DNA from: Iphione sp. A-MEVVRFRX5 | Taxonomy: Eukaryota | Reading direction: 5' to 3' | DNA: 64,000 bases | Assembly: GCA_976226885.1 (NCBI GenBank) | Contig: OZ320316.1 | Location: 59,210,001 to 59,274,000, forward strand | Shown: in pieces, positions 20,636 to 33,500 of the stretch | Layout: each line of letters begins with the position of its first letter | Position numbering within the stretch: position 1 is the first letter of the stretch | Notes under the pieces: model-generated | The model's input: the letters and a program-made list of their open reading frames with translations, nothing else | Told to the model about the DNA's origin: nothing | Database searches by the model: none | Translations under genes and position numbers: made by a program

Positions 20636-23600
20636 TGTGGCGTGTCTACGGGGTGCAGTTGTGGAGTGTGTGGGAGTATGAGTGTGTGAGTGTGTCAGAC
20701 ATACTGGGGAAACTGTGTGGATAACAGTGTGCATGAATGTTCCATAGAGTTATTATATAAGGGGTGTGCTGGAGACAGGGGTTGCTCAGTTGCCTAGGAT
20801 ATTTCTTGGAATAAACACCTGTTGAAACTGGATATTGTGTGATGAGTCTTCATAGTGGGCATATGCTTAACATTGCTGGCAGTGGTGGGATTAGTGGGGT
20901 AGTGAGGAGTACAAAAGGCCCCCAAGGAGGGAAGACCAGTGGTCGCCAAGAGCAGAAGAGGAGTGTGGCCGCTATGGCAGATGCAAAGCTTGGAAGTGCA
21001 GGGAGTGGAGAAGAACCACACTGACCCTCTGTGGGAACCGGGGTAGCTCTGCACACCCCTACCACATGGCACAGCAGTGCATCTCAGCAGTGGCCTGAGG
21101 AGGGCCCTGAGGTGCCGTACCACTGCACAGGCCCTGTGGCAGAACAGAGGGCAAGGTGTCCTGGCATGATCACGGTACCTTGGAATGACATGGAGGACAC
21201 AGATTCTGATTCAGCAGAGGAAGAGGAAGCAACCAGGAGTGAAGAGGAGCCAGTGGCAGAACCCCAACGGGATGTTACAGTAACTGAGCCAGCACTCCTC
21301 CAAGGCCTGGCCCAAGCCATTATGCCAGGAGTATGAGAGGCAACTAAACAGAGAGGAGTGAAGTAATGTGCAGCAGAGCCTGAGTTGTATGATGACACGA
21401 CCCTGCTCATGGCTACATACATTTCAAGTGGGCATCGATGGCCAATACATGGGATGAGCATCAAAAAGTATTACAGATGAGAATCCACTTTCGTAAATCA
21501 GTGCTGGCAATCCTAAGCACGGTCACTGGGGGAGAAGATGATCCCCAAGCCTACTCTGAGTTAATCCAGCTGTTGAAGAGAAGATTCATACCTAAGAATC
21601 AAGCCGGGCTGTTCGAACAGCAACTGAAAAGTAAAAGGCAGGCAAAGGACGAGAACCTCAACCACTGGCAGAGGAAATCAAACGCCTGGTGCGCCAAGCC
21701 TATCCTGAGGTAGAAGGGTTGTGGCTGGACTGGATGTGTCAAGAATATTTTACGGGGGCCTTATGGGACAAACCTGTACCAAAACAGGTCACACTTTCCA
21801 AGACCTTCACATTCCATGGGGCCCTGTCCCAGGTCCTACTCATGGACTTGTATTACAGGTCGGAGAGGGGCACATCATGCTCAAGCTGCAACCCAGGAAG
21901 AGGCCTTAGAAGATCTGGTTGCAGCCACCAGTACCAGTCGAGAACCAGATCCTGCACCCTGGGAGAGGATAGAGATGTTGCAGTAGCTTCTAGCACCCAA
22001 GACCAAGGACAAGGAACCTAAGAAGAGCCGGCCTAAGAGTAAGAAGGGGAGGTGCCACTTCTACAATTAGGTGGAACATTTCAAGAGGGAGTGTGACAAA
22101 TTCAAAGCCTACCAGGCAGAAAATGCTAACCGACTCACCCCAAAGAAGTAGAGCGGGTGAAGAAGCACTCTGAGGGGGAGTGGCCAGAACATCTAGCAGC
22201 CCTTCATGTCACCAAAGTACCTAGCCACCAACTCCAGGCAGCGCAGAGCCAAGCGATAAAAGGCTGGATTCTTGCAGGTCATATACAGGGCATGGTGATG
22301 CAGTGGCTTATCAATACAGGTGCATCTGTGACCATCCTCTTATCTCAGGTCTTCCAGAAGCTTTCAGGGGTGGATTTATAACCCATTGGAGGGTGCATAC
22401 TCTGTACTGATGGCAAACCTTTGAAGGTACTGGGACAGGTCTACATCCATATATGGTTTGGCTCTGACTGACTACCCATATGGGCATGAGTCAGAGACAT
22501 TGATGCAGACGGATTACTCAGGCTCAATACCCCTCAGTGCTTGGGACGCTATGGTGCATATTGGCACAGGCCTGGTGGAGGAATCCTTGATGGTTTGCAC
22601 AGCAGGACATGTGACTTTTTTTTTTTTTTTTTTTTATTTCTTTATTTCACCTGATAGTTTTATACAAAATGATGTACGTTTTTCCAGGTTGGTTTCATAG
22701 TCGAAGTTGCTTCAGCGGCAGGGTGCTTGATGGTTATTTACATTGCATTAAGTGGCTTTACAGAACCCTTATAGTTACATTGAGATATGATGATTACAAA
22801 ACCAAGTTCGGTCGTATATTGTCATTAGTACGTCTATGTGGCTGTGGTAGCTTGATTGGGTGATCTCTGGCATATAATAGCTCAGGGTTTGTCAGACATT
22901 CGCCCAGACTCCCCTTTCTTAGTTTGATGGTTTAGTTGTATATGGCCTATGTCAGACATTAGCCCTGACAGGATTGCCATTAGTGCCCAGAGAACCACTG
23001 TATATTGCTAACCTTTCAATGCATAATGACATTCACGTGTTAGACCAGGTAGTTTCAAGGTAATTCAGTAGTGGCTATTACAATGTCGTAATCGTTCCAT
23101 ATTTGTGATCTGATGTCTTTAGTCTTCAGCCGAATGATAGGCGGGACTACACTCGGTATGCAGTCAGATTATTCCTTAACCCTTTGCTGAACTTTAAATA
23201 AGACATGGACTGTCCCGGGCAGGTGCCGGCAGGCCCTAGCTGTCAACATCATAGGGCACACTGGAAATGAAGTATTGATCAAACTAGAAGTACAACTTGA
23301 AACCAGATCAGAACTACAGGGTGTACCAACCCTGGTGCAACCCGGGAAGCAGAGTAGTAAAGTTCTAATGTGGAATTCAGGTGACTAGCCACTCAGAGTG
23401 TATGCAGGGACCCAGGTGGGTAACGCACACACAGTGGGGGAGTGTACCAAGGAAGAGCCTGACTGCTTGTGGCAGCAAGAGGCATGGCTGGGGGAAGAGC
23501 ATGATGAGGCCATCTGAGGTATGATGGCCACTCTGCCCACTGGATTTGATGACACCAACTGGGAGCTGGTATGACAACTTTTAGAGGAGTTCTGTGATGC

Positions 23601-26600
23601 CATCCAAACCCCCTCCAGTCATCCAGGTCAGACAGAGCTGACCACCCACCAGATAGACACTAAGGGATGTGCACCGATACGGCAATGTGTGTGTCACCTT
23701 CCTCGAGATGTCCAACCAGTGGTCCAGCAGGAGATTCAGAAGATGTTGGAATGAGGCATCTTAGAACCCTCCTTGAGCCCCTGGGCCTCTCCAGTTGTGT
23801 TGGTGTGGAAAAAGGATGGAAGGGTACGTTTCTGTGTTGAATCAATGTACTAAGAAGGATGTGTATCCCCTTCCGCACATTGATGACCCTCTTAATGCGC
23901 TCCACGGAATGAAGCTGTTCTCCACTCTGGAACTGGCCAGCAGTTACGGGCAAGTGGAAGTCCTCCACGATGACTGAGAAAAAACAGCTGTACATAAGTA
24001 CATCTGAAGGACTCTTTCAATTTTGTGTGATGCCATTTGGCTTGTGTAAAGCACCATCCATGTTTTAAAGATTAATGGAAGCTATCCTGCAGGAAGTCCT
24101 TGCAGATAAGTGTCTTTTCTCCTTGGATGATGTGATCATCCTAGGGAAGTCCATACCAGATGCCTGTGCTAACCTGGCATTGGTGCTCCAATGACTACGT
24201 GACACTGGCCTCAAAATGAAGCCCTCTAAATGTCCATTGTGCCAAGAGACAGTGGAATACTTGGGGCATGTAGTCTCTGCCACCGGCATAGCTCCGGACC
24301 CCGGAAACATTCAAGTGATAAGGAAGTGGCCAAGCCCAGGGTGTGAGACTGAAGTGAGGAGCTTTGTGGGCTTCACATCCTACTACAGAAGTTTCATGAG
24401 AGGGTTTGCCGACATCACCTCCCCACTGGTGACATTGACTGAGAAGGGAGCAGAATTGATCTGGACCCAGGAATGTGATCAGATGTTCAAGGAGTTGAAG
24501 AACAAGTGAACAACAGCCCTGGTATTGGCCTTCCCAGGGGACAAGGGGGACTGTATCTAGACACAGATGCCTCTCTGGTAGGGGTGGGCGTGGTGTAGAG
24601 CCAGGAGCAAGGTCAGCAAGAAAGAGTGATTACCTATGCAAGTCATAGGCTATCTAAGGCAGAACGTAACTATTGTGTAACACAAAGGGAGCTCCTGGGT
24701 GTAGTTTGGGGACTCCACCAATTCAGGCACTACTTGGGAACCCAGGAAGGCATCATCTGGACAGATCACAACTAAATGAAGTGGCTGTTCCAATTGAAAG
24801 AGCCCGAGGGCCAACTCGCCAGATGGTTGGAAGAAATCTTCTGCTATAACTTAAAAATTGTCCACAGACCAGGGAGGATTTATGGCAATGTCAACACTCT
24901 GTCTCAGGTGGAGTGTCAGCAATGCTACTGGGCAGAGCCAGCCGGAGAGGATTTTGACCAAGCCTGTTGGGTAGAGCTACCCAGTGCGGAGGCCCAATGG
25001 GGTGTAGAGGCAGCCCTGAAAAAAGAGAATGTGCCTTCCCAGCTGGTCTCGTGGATAAAAGGGGACTGCAGAGGAATGTCACCAGAGCCAACCAAGGGAC
25101 ATATATGGGAGGAATGAAAACTGCTATCAGAGATAAGCAGGCTGGAGCTGGACCACAGGAAGCTCATCCCTTGTGGGAGTTGGAGGACAGTCAACAGCTG
25201 AGGCAGTGCTATATACCTGCAAGTCTACATAGGCAAGTATGGCAGTGGGTGCATGCCAGTCCCATAGAGGGTCATCTGGGCACTGAGAAGACACTGGGTG
25301 CCTTGGGACTCTGGTACTTCTGGCCAGGCTAGCGACAAGATATCACCTGCTGGGGACAGGGATGTAGAGAGTGTCAGCAGAGGAAGCCATCAGGATCAAG
25401 TTGTTGTTCTCCTTTACACCCCTTGCCGCAGATGGAAAGAGGAAATCAGTATGCACTAGTGGTAATGGACCATTTTACCAAAATAATGGGCCCAAGACTT
25501 CCCTCTATGAGAATTCAGTGCAGTGGCCACAGCAGAGATCTTGGTCGCAGAAGTGATTTGCCTGCCCAGGTCCCCTCGAGTGTTGCATTCAGATCAGGGC
25601 CAAAATTTTGAGAGCAGAGTGGTGGCTAAGGTCTTGAAGGTGCTAGGAACCAAGAAGACTCACACCACCCTGTACCACCCCCAAGCTGAAGGGGTAGTCA
25701 AAAGATATGAACAGAACACTGCTGTCTATGCTATCTATGACCAGTGAGAAGGCACAGGAAGAGTGGGACTTCCAATTGCCATTTGTAATGGCCGCTTACT
25801 GGGCTATGCCCCATACCAGTACAGGATTTACACCCAATTGGCTAATGACACAGAGGGAGACCTGGTTGCCGCTTGAGGTCATGTATGGGGGTCCAAGACC
25901 TGTAAAGCAGGATCTCACTGACTATGCACAAGACCTGCAAGACGGGGCACATATGGCATATTGGGAAGTGGCAGCCCAGCTGAAGAAAGTCGTCCACCAC
26001 CAGAGTGATTGGTACAACAACAAGGTCCGAACACAGCAGCTGAAGGAAGGACAGTGGATCTGGCTCTTTCAGCAAATAAAACTGGCAGGGAAATCACACA
26101 AGCTTGGGTGCTTGTGGACAGGGCCATGGAAAGTAGAAAAGTGCCTCACCATAGTAGTATTCCATATTAGGAAGGGGCGAAGAGTGAAGATTGTCCATGG
26201 GGATTTGCTCAAAGTGGCTCATGGAGTTGCCAAAGAGGAGGAGGAAGACCAAGCAAGAGTTATGCAGACAAATCAGAACAGCAGCAGGGAGAACCGAGTC
26301 CTGAGCTTGCAGGCACGCAGGTCAGTGCACCATACTGAGGTGGCAGGGAAGAATGGGAGCAGGTCCGGTCGTGACTGTGGAGGAAGCTGGATCAAGAGTG
26401 TGTGCAGAATTACAGCAGAGAAGGATGGACCGTGTAGACCAGAGTGCACAGTGAATCGGACCACAAGAGAATGCAGGGGTCTGGCATTGCAGAGAAGTTG
26501 CTCATGACAATGCTGCGACTGAGAGGATTGCCAAGGTACCAAATAGCATTTGGGGTGCCCTCTGTGGAGAACTACTGCATACATCGAAACTCAGATGCAC

Positions 26601-26772
26601 AGACATGAAGGGATAACCAATCTGCTCTTTCTGTGTATTCCCACATTGCAGGATGGAGGAGGCCAAGAAGCAACAGAACTATTGTCAAGGACTCATTCCT
26701 GGAATTCAAGAGCACTTTTTGAGATACCCCCACATTGCCATCAATGTGGAAATCCATGCAGGAATCTCATTA
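20636..26772 (+). mobile_element. Heavily degenerate Gypsy element with 5' LTR, no 3' LTR (element C)
   Basis: LTR 20636-20872 (TG..CA, TATAA, AATAAA); PBS TGCTGGCAGTGGTGGGAT (tRNA-Leu type, 2 mismatches); remnants of gag, protease (WLINTGAS), RT (KDVYPLPHIDD), RNase H and integrase (YHPQAEG, GPWKV). Confidence 0.88.
22616..23201 (-). mobile_element. 586-bp polyadenylated non-coding retroposed insert (5'-truncated LINE 3' UTR or mRNA retrocopy)
   Basis: T20 at 22616-22635 with AATAAA just upstream on the minus strand; imperfect TSD GACATG(T)GAC at 22606-22615 and 23202-23210; interrupts Gypsy pol. Confidence 0.8.
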
Positions 26773-26996
26773 CAGGGGGGGTCAGGGGGTACCCAATAAT
26801 GCATCACCAAGAATTCAGATGGTCTGTAACGTTTAAAGAAATGGCAAATAACGCTTCACATGGAATTAATTCTTTGATAGCGCTTCACCAGGATATATGC
26901 CTTGTAATGCTTCACATGGATCTAGAAGGGTAAATAACGTTTCGTGCGGAATTAAAATCATCAATAACGCTTCACCAAAATAGTTGACCACCCCTG
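26773..26996. mobile_element. hAT-type MITE with internal TAACGCTTCAC repeats
   Basis: TIR CAGGGG(G/T)GGTCA; 8-bp TSD TCTCATT(A/C) with 7/8 match; repeated motif at roughly 30-bp spacing. Confidence 0.8.
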
Positions 26997-27499
26997 TCTC
27001 ATTCTGGCAGGAATCTGCAATATTATCAAGAAGGAGAGGTTCAGTGTAGGCACAAAAGGTACATTTACATTGACTTAATGGATGATGACCTCAGCACTCT
27101 AGTAAACAGGATGATGAAAACCTACAATAGGGCAAATGCACATGGGTAGAAAAGGTAATAAGGTAATACATGGACCTGATAATGTCTGAAGACAGTGAGG
27201 AAAGAGAATAAAATACAAGTAGTATGCGTTGTATTGTAAACACATACCTAGGAGGTATAGGTGCTGAAAGTTAAAAAAAAACTTTTAAAAGTTTATAAGA
27301 AAGAAACGCTAACGACAGGAGCAAACCAATACTAACCACTATATCATGCCATTCTGAAAACAGAGGGTAGCACATTGAAAACAATGAGTATACCCTCATG
27401 GGCAATTTTGCCCAACCATTACATCATTATTCATTATAAACACGTGTAGCGTACCTGTAATGAGTTGCACATATTTGGATGAGATGGTTAGCCACCAGA

Positions 27500-30260
27500 G
27501 TAAGAAAGCTGAAACCATTGACAGATGGTAGACAGGAATATAACAATTAGTCATCTCGATAGATAGTCTTTTGAAGAAGGTAACAATGTTCAAGCAAATT
27601 ATGACAAAGGAAATAGCAATACACTTATTTATTGAAACCTGGTTGAATCCTGCTGTACTAGACCAAGCAGTGGCTTGGGAGGGGTATTCTATATACAGGC
27701 AAGATAGGAAGGGTGACAAAAGGGGTGGGGGTGGGGGGAAATTGGCATACGTGAGGAAACATTATACTGTAAACGTCCTCAATCAGATTAATGAAGTTGA
27801 CATGGAGTGTTTAGTCTTACAAATATGTATGTCAAAATCACGATCATTATATGTAATAATTATGTGCATATAGACCGCCACAAGGGAACGTGGATAATGC
27901 GTTGAATCACCTTGGACACGGCCTAAACATAGTAAACAACCATGATGATGTTTTTGTAAATGGTGATCTAAATATCAATATGAAACTTCCTGGTCAATCA
28001 AGAAAACAATTGGAGTTAGCCCTATCATACGGACTGGTGAATAAAATACGAGAGGACACTTTCTTCTGCAGTACAGCTACAAGTTCCATCGATGTGTGAT
28101 CTCTTTGGAATAAAAGGAAGAGTAAGATGTGAGACAAAAAGATGTAAGCAGGAAGTAATTGTATAGAGAGATACACGAAGATACACAGACATGGGTTATA
28201 GGGTTGCTATATTGAACAAGGATTGAAATTTGTTTGTTAACAGTACTGAAATCGAAATAAAATGTCCACTTTGGGAGGAAAATATTACTAAGTCACTGAA
28301 CAAATTGGCACCGTTTAAGAAGAAATTCAAAAAGGGGAGAAAGGTAAGCTGGGCAATGAATCCTAGAATTCAGGTCGCAAAGAAGGGAAAAAGTTATGCA
28401 CTTAGAAATTATCTTTCAGATAAAAGTTTACTCGATTGTGAGAATATAAAAGAAAAAGGGAAATAAAACAGTTATGAGAGGAGATACAGATAGCAGAGCA
28501 TAACTATCATCAGCAAATATTCGAAAGGAACAAACACAACCCAAAGGGCTTCTGAGGAGCGGTAGATGGTGTGATCCACTACAAAACTGACAGAGAAGGG
28601 GAAATCAAGTAAAAGCAAAATGGCCAGATGGTAGCTAAACAGGAGGTAGGAGACATTATAAAAACATTTTTTACTGGTGTGGGGGAACATATTGGGGAGA
28701 CAAATAGGAATAAAGGAAAAGAATGAAAGTATATGGGAATATGGGGATATACCATGGAATATAAATGTTACTCTGCAAGAGGTAGATAAGGCAATAAACA
28801 AGATCAATGTTAATAAAGCATCAGGGATGGATGGGGTGAATGATAAATACACGAAGGAAGGTATGCGGCATAGTATAACGTACCTGGTAGAACTGTTTCA
28901 GGATATAGTAAGGAGGAGAGTAATATCATTGAGGTGGAAAAGGGGATGCGTGACACCGTTGTGGAAGGGAGGGGATTGATACGATGTATCGTGTATAGAC
29001 CAGTTAGTGTAATCTCTAAAGGGGGTAAAATAATAGAGAGGATATTCTATGACAAAATAATAAGCAGATTGCAGGAAGGAGATATTATAGATGATAGTCA
29101 ATTTGGCTTTCGGGCGGGAAGATCCACTGATGATGTGGTGTGCAAGGTGGTTAGAGAAATGACAGAAGGGTTAAATGAAGGGGAAAAGGTGATATTGGTA
29201 TATCTTGATTTCGCAAAGGCATTTGATTCTATTGATCATGGGATATTATTGATTAAAAAATTGGGGACCTTTGCGGAGAAGACATAGCGGGTTTGATAGA
29301 AGAATATTTAGGAGGGAGGAAGCAATATGTTTGGGTAGATGGGCATATTTCAAATGATAGGGGAATAACGTGCGGTGTCCCACAAGGACGTCTTTTGGGC
29401 CTGTTATTGTTCAATACTTACATAAATGATTTAGTAAAGGTGGAATGGGAAAGGAAGATTATGCTATACACAGACCACACAGCCATTATATGTAATGGGA
29501 AAACTTGGGATGAGGTATTTGGTAAAGCCCAAAAAGACTTGAACAACATTTCCAGGTGGTGCGTAGAAAATAGAATGCTGCTAAATGCAAGAAAGACAAA
29601 TACATGTTGTACAACCAAAGGAGCAAAACAAAGGGAAAGGACTAAGGCGGATTATTTCTAGGTGGGCAAGAATTGGAAAGAAGTGGCTTTTACAGTTATT
29701 TAGCAGGCCCGTAGCCAGGAATTTTTGTTTGGTATCTGAAATTGGAGAAGTGGGACATATTTCCTCACATTTCCTCACCTCTTCTGAGCATTTTTCTTCT
29801 CTGGGCGGGCCTTCTAGGCTTTGTGGGTTATATTTTTCCACATTTCCTCACCTTTCCTCGCTTCTTATGAGGCATTTGTTTCTCTGTTTGGACCTCCTGG
29901 TCTTTGTGGGGGTATCGGCCGATACCCCCGATACCCCCTTGGCTATGGGCCTGGGTAGGTGTCTGGGTGGAACTCTGAGCCTTTGTGGATGGGTATCGGA
30001 CGATACCCCCTTGGCTACGGGCCTGTTTAGGGATTAGGCTGGATGAATATATGACATTTAAGATACATTTGGCATATTTAATGAGGTGCATCAGCTACAA
30101 GGAATACATGCTAAGACGAATTAGGAGGTTTATATCATGCAATGTGGAAATCAATATAGTAAGGACTCTTATCTTTCAGCATCTCAATTTTTTCATTTTT
30201 CATCTTTCACTGAGATTAATCAAAGATCAAGTAAATGATATAAAGAAAACTTATATGATA
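27500..30260 (+). mobile_element. Degenerate CR1-group LINE ORF2
   Basis: ETWL, YRQDR..RGGG, YRPP, GDLNIN; QFGFRAGRST, YLDFAKAFD, GVPQG, YLG|IRLD split by the MITE at 29704. Boundaries approximate. Confidence 0.88.
29704..30025. mobile_element. MITE CAGGCCCGTAGCCA...TGGCTACGGGCCTG with 5-bp TSD TTTAG
   Basis: TTTAG at 29699-29703 and 30026-30030; removing the element plus one TSD restores TAT TTA GGG ATT AGG (YLGIR). Confidence 0.88.
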
Positions 30261-30554
30261 TAATGTTAAAATTGGTTAATCAAGTCATACATATCACCAT
30301 ACTATTTGTAACGAATGTATATAATGTAAATATGTTGTAAGGAAATTACATGTATTGGCAGGTATTGTTGAAGGTAATATATGTGGAAAGAATCGATTGA
30401 GACAGCGGTACTCAGACCTGATTGCCCAGTTAGATCAATGGATCTACAAAACAGGCAAAATTGCAGTCAGAATTCAATAAAAAAAAAATTAAAAGACACC
30501 TCATTCAGCGAGGCCCTTTCTGCAGCTCAGGGCAAAGAGTTGCCCCCCCCCAAA

Positions 30555-33500
30555 AAAAAAAAAGGTGCACCAGTTGGAGGCCAGCATGACAACTAAGGCT
30601 ATGCCTCCAGCCCCAGCCCCAGCCCCAGCCGCCAAGATGGTTGCCTCTGTGGAAAGGCTTGAGCTGCTGCTGCTGGCAGACAATATGGGAAAACCCAGAG
30701 GGAGTGCTTCAATTGTGGAGATCTGGGCACTTCAAGCAGGAGTGTTCCAAGCTGCCTTTAGAGGCAACTCCAGGAAATGGGGAGAGGAGAGGAGGATGTG
30801 TCAGTGGACCATTTGCAGAAGACCGGTTGGCTGAACATCTGAGGATGCTGCACGTCACGAAGGAAGAAAGGAAGGTGATGGCCTGGGGCAGATGCAGAAA
30901 GTGCAGGACCACATTGATGTGTAAGGGCATGGGCTGATCTGCCAGAGGGTGCAAAGAGTGCCACCAGCGAAGAGGGCAGCCATACAGTAGAAAGTGGAGA
31001 GGATAATGATGCAAAGAGTACTGGAGCCCTATACCAGTCCCTGGGCCTCCGCAATGGTGATGGTATGGAAGATGGACCAGAGTTGGCAGTTTTGCATATA
31101 CTACTGAGCCCCTAACCAAGCACGCTTCCCTGCTTCCCAAGATTGACATGCTGGAAGGGGCCCAGTATTTCTCAGCATTGGACCTAACAAGCGGGTAGTG
31201 GCGAGTGGCCATGCATCCTAATGACAAGGAGACCATGACCATGACCATGTGTGCACCCATGGAGGGTTGTACTAATTCACCATGATGCCGTTTGGGCTCT
31301 GCAATGTCCCATTGACTTTCAAACAACTGATGGAGGCCATGCTGCGGGGCTTGATTGGTACCAATTGCCTGGTATATCATGGGCAGATGGTAGAGGAGAT
31401 GGTGGAGTAGCTTCGGGAGGTATTCTGCTAGCTTCATCAATCGGGACCCAAGATCAAGCTGTCCAGATGCTGGAGTGGCATACTTAGGGCACCTGGTATC
31501 ACCTTGTCCTGACCATCATGGAGTGACCAGCAGCACATTGTTTTACTGAACTGTGGAGCTTTATCAGGTTGTCCTCCTACCATTGGGGTTTCATGCAAGG
31601 CTTCACTCCGGTAGCTGCACCCCTACATGCCCTGTTAGATAAAGGCTTAAGTTTCATGTTGACCAAGGACTGCAGGCTGTATTTGACACACTGAAGCAAT
31701 GACTAAGTATGGCCTCAGTGTTGGTGTACCCCAAGGTGGCAGGCCTCCTCACCCTGCACATAGACGCATCAGTGATGGGGGTGGGAGTGGTATTGACTCC
31801 GGAGCAAGAACAGAAACAGGTGCTGGCCTACACCAGCCATAGTCTTGCTCACCCTGAATGGAAATACTGGGTTACTCTGATGGTTAAGTAACTTCAGGGA
31901 ACCAGGGGGCCAGTTAGCCCATTGGCTAGAGGAGGTTCCCTGCTATCACATGGAGGTGCTGGGGAAGAAACCTGGGAACGCTGGTGGACTGTCCAGAAAG
32001 AAGTGCCCCAAGTGCAGCAGGGACCCAGAGAAGGACAGAGATGCATTTGGTCAGGTGGCCACCACGAGAGTGGTGTTCCTGTCGTGAGGGAAGCTGAAGA
32101 GGGTGCAAAAGGCAGACCCCTTGTCCAGAGAGCTCATCTAATACCTTGAAAGTGACGGAAATCTCCCAAGTTGTCAGCCAAAGACAACTGGTTGACACGG
32201 AGACTGAAGAGAGAGTGGAGGTGGTTATGCCTGGTGGAAGGGCTCCTGTGTTGTCAGTGGGAACAGGAATATGGAGTGTTCAGGAAACAGACCCATTTGC
32301 CAGAGTCAGGAAGTTGACAGATCTGGGAGGAGACACATGCTGGGTTCCTTGGGGGCCACCTGGGACTAAAGAATACTGGAGGGGCCATTCAGCTCAAGTT
32401 CTTTTGGTCTGGCATGAGCTGCGACATCATCACGTGGAACCAAGTGTGCTTCCCCTGTCAGCAGAAGCAGGATCCTGGCTGCAGGCATCAGGCTCCACCC
32501 AGTGCCAGGTAGCTGTGAGACCATGGGAGGTCATTGCAGTGGACATTTGTGAACCATTTCCAACTGCTGTGTGCATGAACATCCGGAGGTAGTTTGCCGC
32601 TTCAGTCTCCAGAGTCTTCTGCTTCGGACCCCCACACAAGCACTGCACTCCAACTAAGGCAAGAACTTTGAGGTATCTGTATTCCGAGAGCTACTACAGT
32701 TGTTAGGCATCCAGAAGACCCAGACCAGCCCATACTATCCACAGAGCGATGGGGTAGTTGAGCAATTCAATCGCACACTGACTGGCATGCTGGCCAAGAT
32801 CATTAAAGAGGATCAGAGTGGCTGGAATGAACAGCTTCCCTAAGTGTACCTGAGAATAGTTGAGTCACATGCTGCCATATAATGTCAACTGTACAAGCTT
32901 GTGGAGAGGTGCAAGGACTGGTACGATCAGAAGGTATGGATACAGGAGTACATGAAGGGGCATCAAGTATGGTTGTTCCTTTTGGTAAAGAAGAAAGGTG
33001 CTCACCAAAGCTGCAATGCTGCTGGCAGGGACCTCCAATGGAATCGGGCAGGCCTGGGTAGAGCCTACCAGAGCCAACAGACTTTGTCTGAATCCGGACG
33101 GAACATGAACAGGGTGGAGCTAATGGCACGAGGAAGGCACACCTGATCAAGCCCCCTTTGGACAGAGGAAAAGCATGTTTCCTCCTGTCCCTCATAGACC
33201 TGGAGTGACAGGACACAGAGGGTCATGCCACCACATTCAGCTGGATTGGTTCAGACTGGCAAGGCAGTAAGCAGCTTGACTTGGTGCAGCAACTCACTGA
33301 AGGGGTCTGGGGTCGGTCTGTCCCCCACGAGAACAGGATACAAGCACAAGGCCTGTCACAGTCAAGACCCTTGCAAGATACATTAAAACAGTGGAGAGGG
33401 GTCCAGCAGAGGTTGGAAGGACAGCACATTAAGAAGGAAGTCAGGTGTATGACGAGGGGGCTGCTGCAGAGAACAGCTCAGAAGAGGGCCTCACCACAAC

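Noticed and set aside
23040-23135. CTGAAGA...GAAAC in the poly(A) insert
   Set aside because: Stem II and stem I cannot form.
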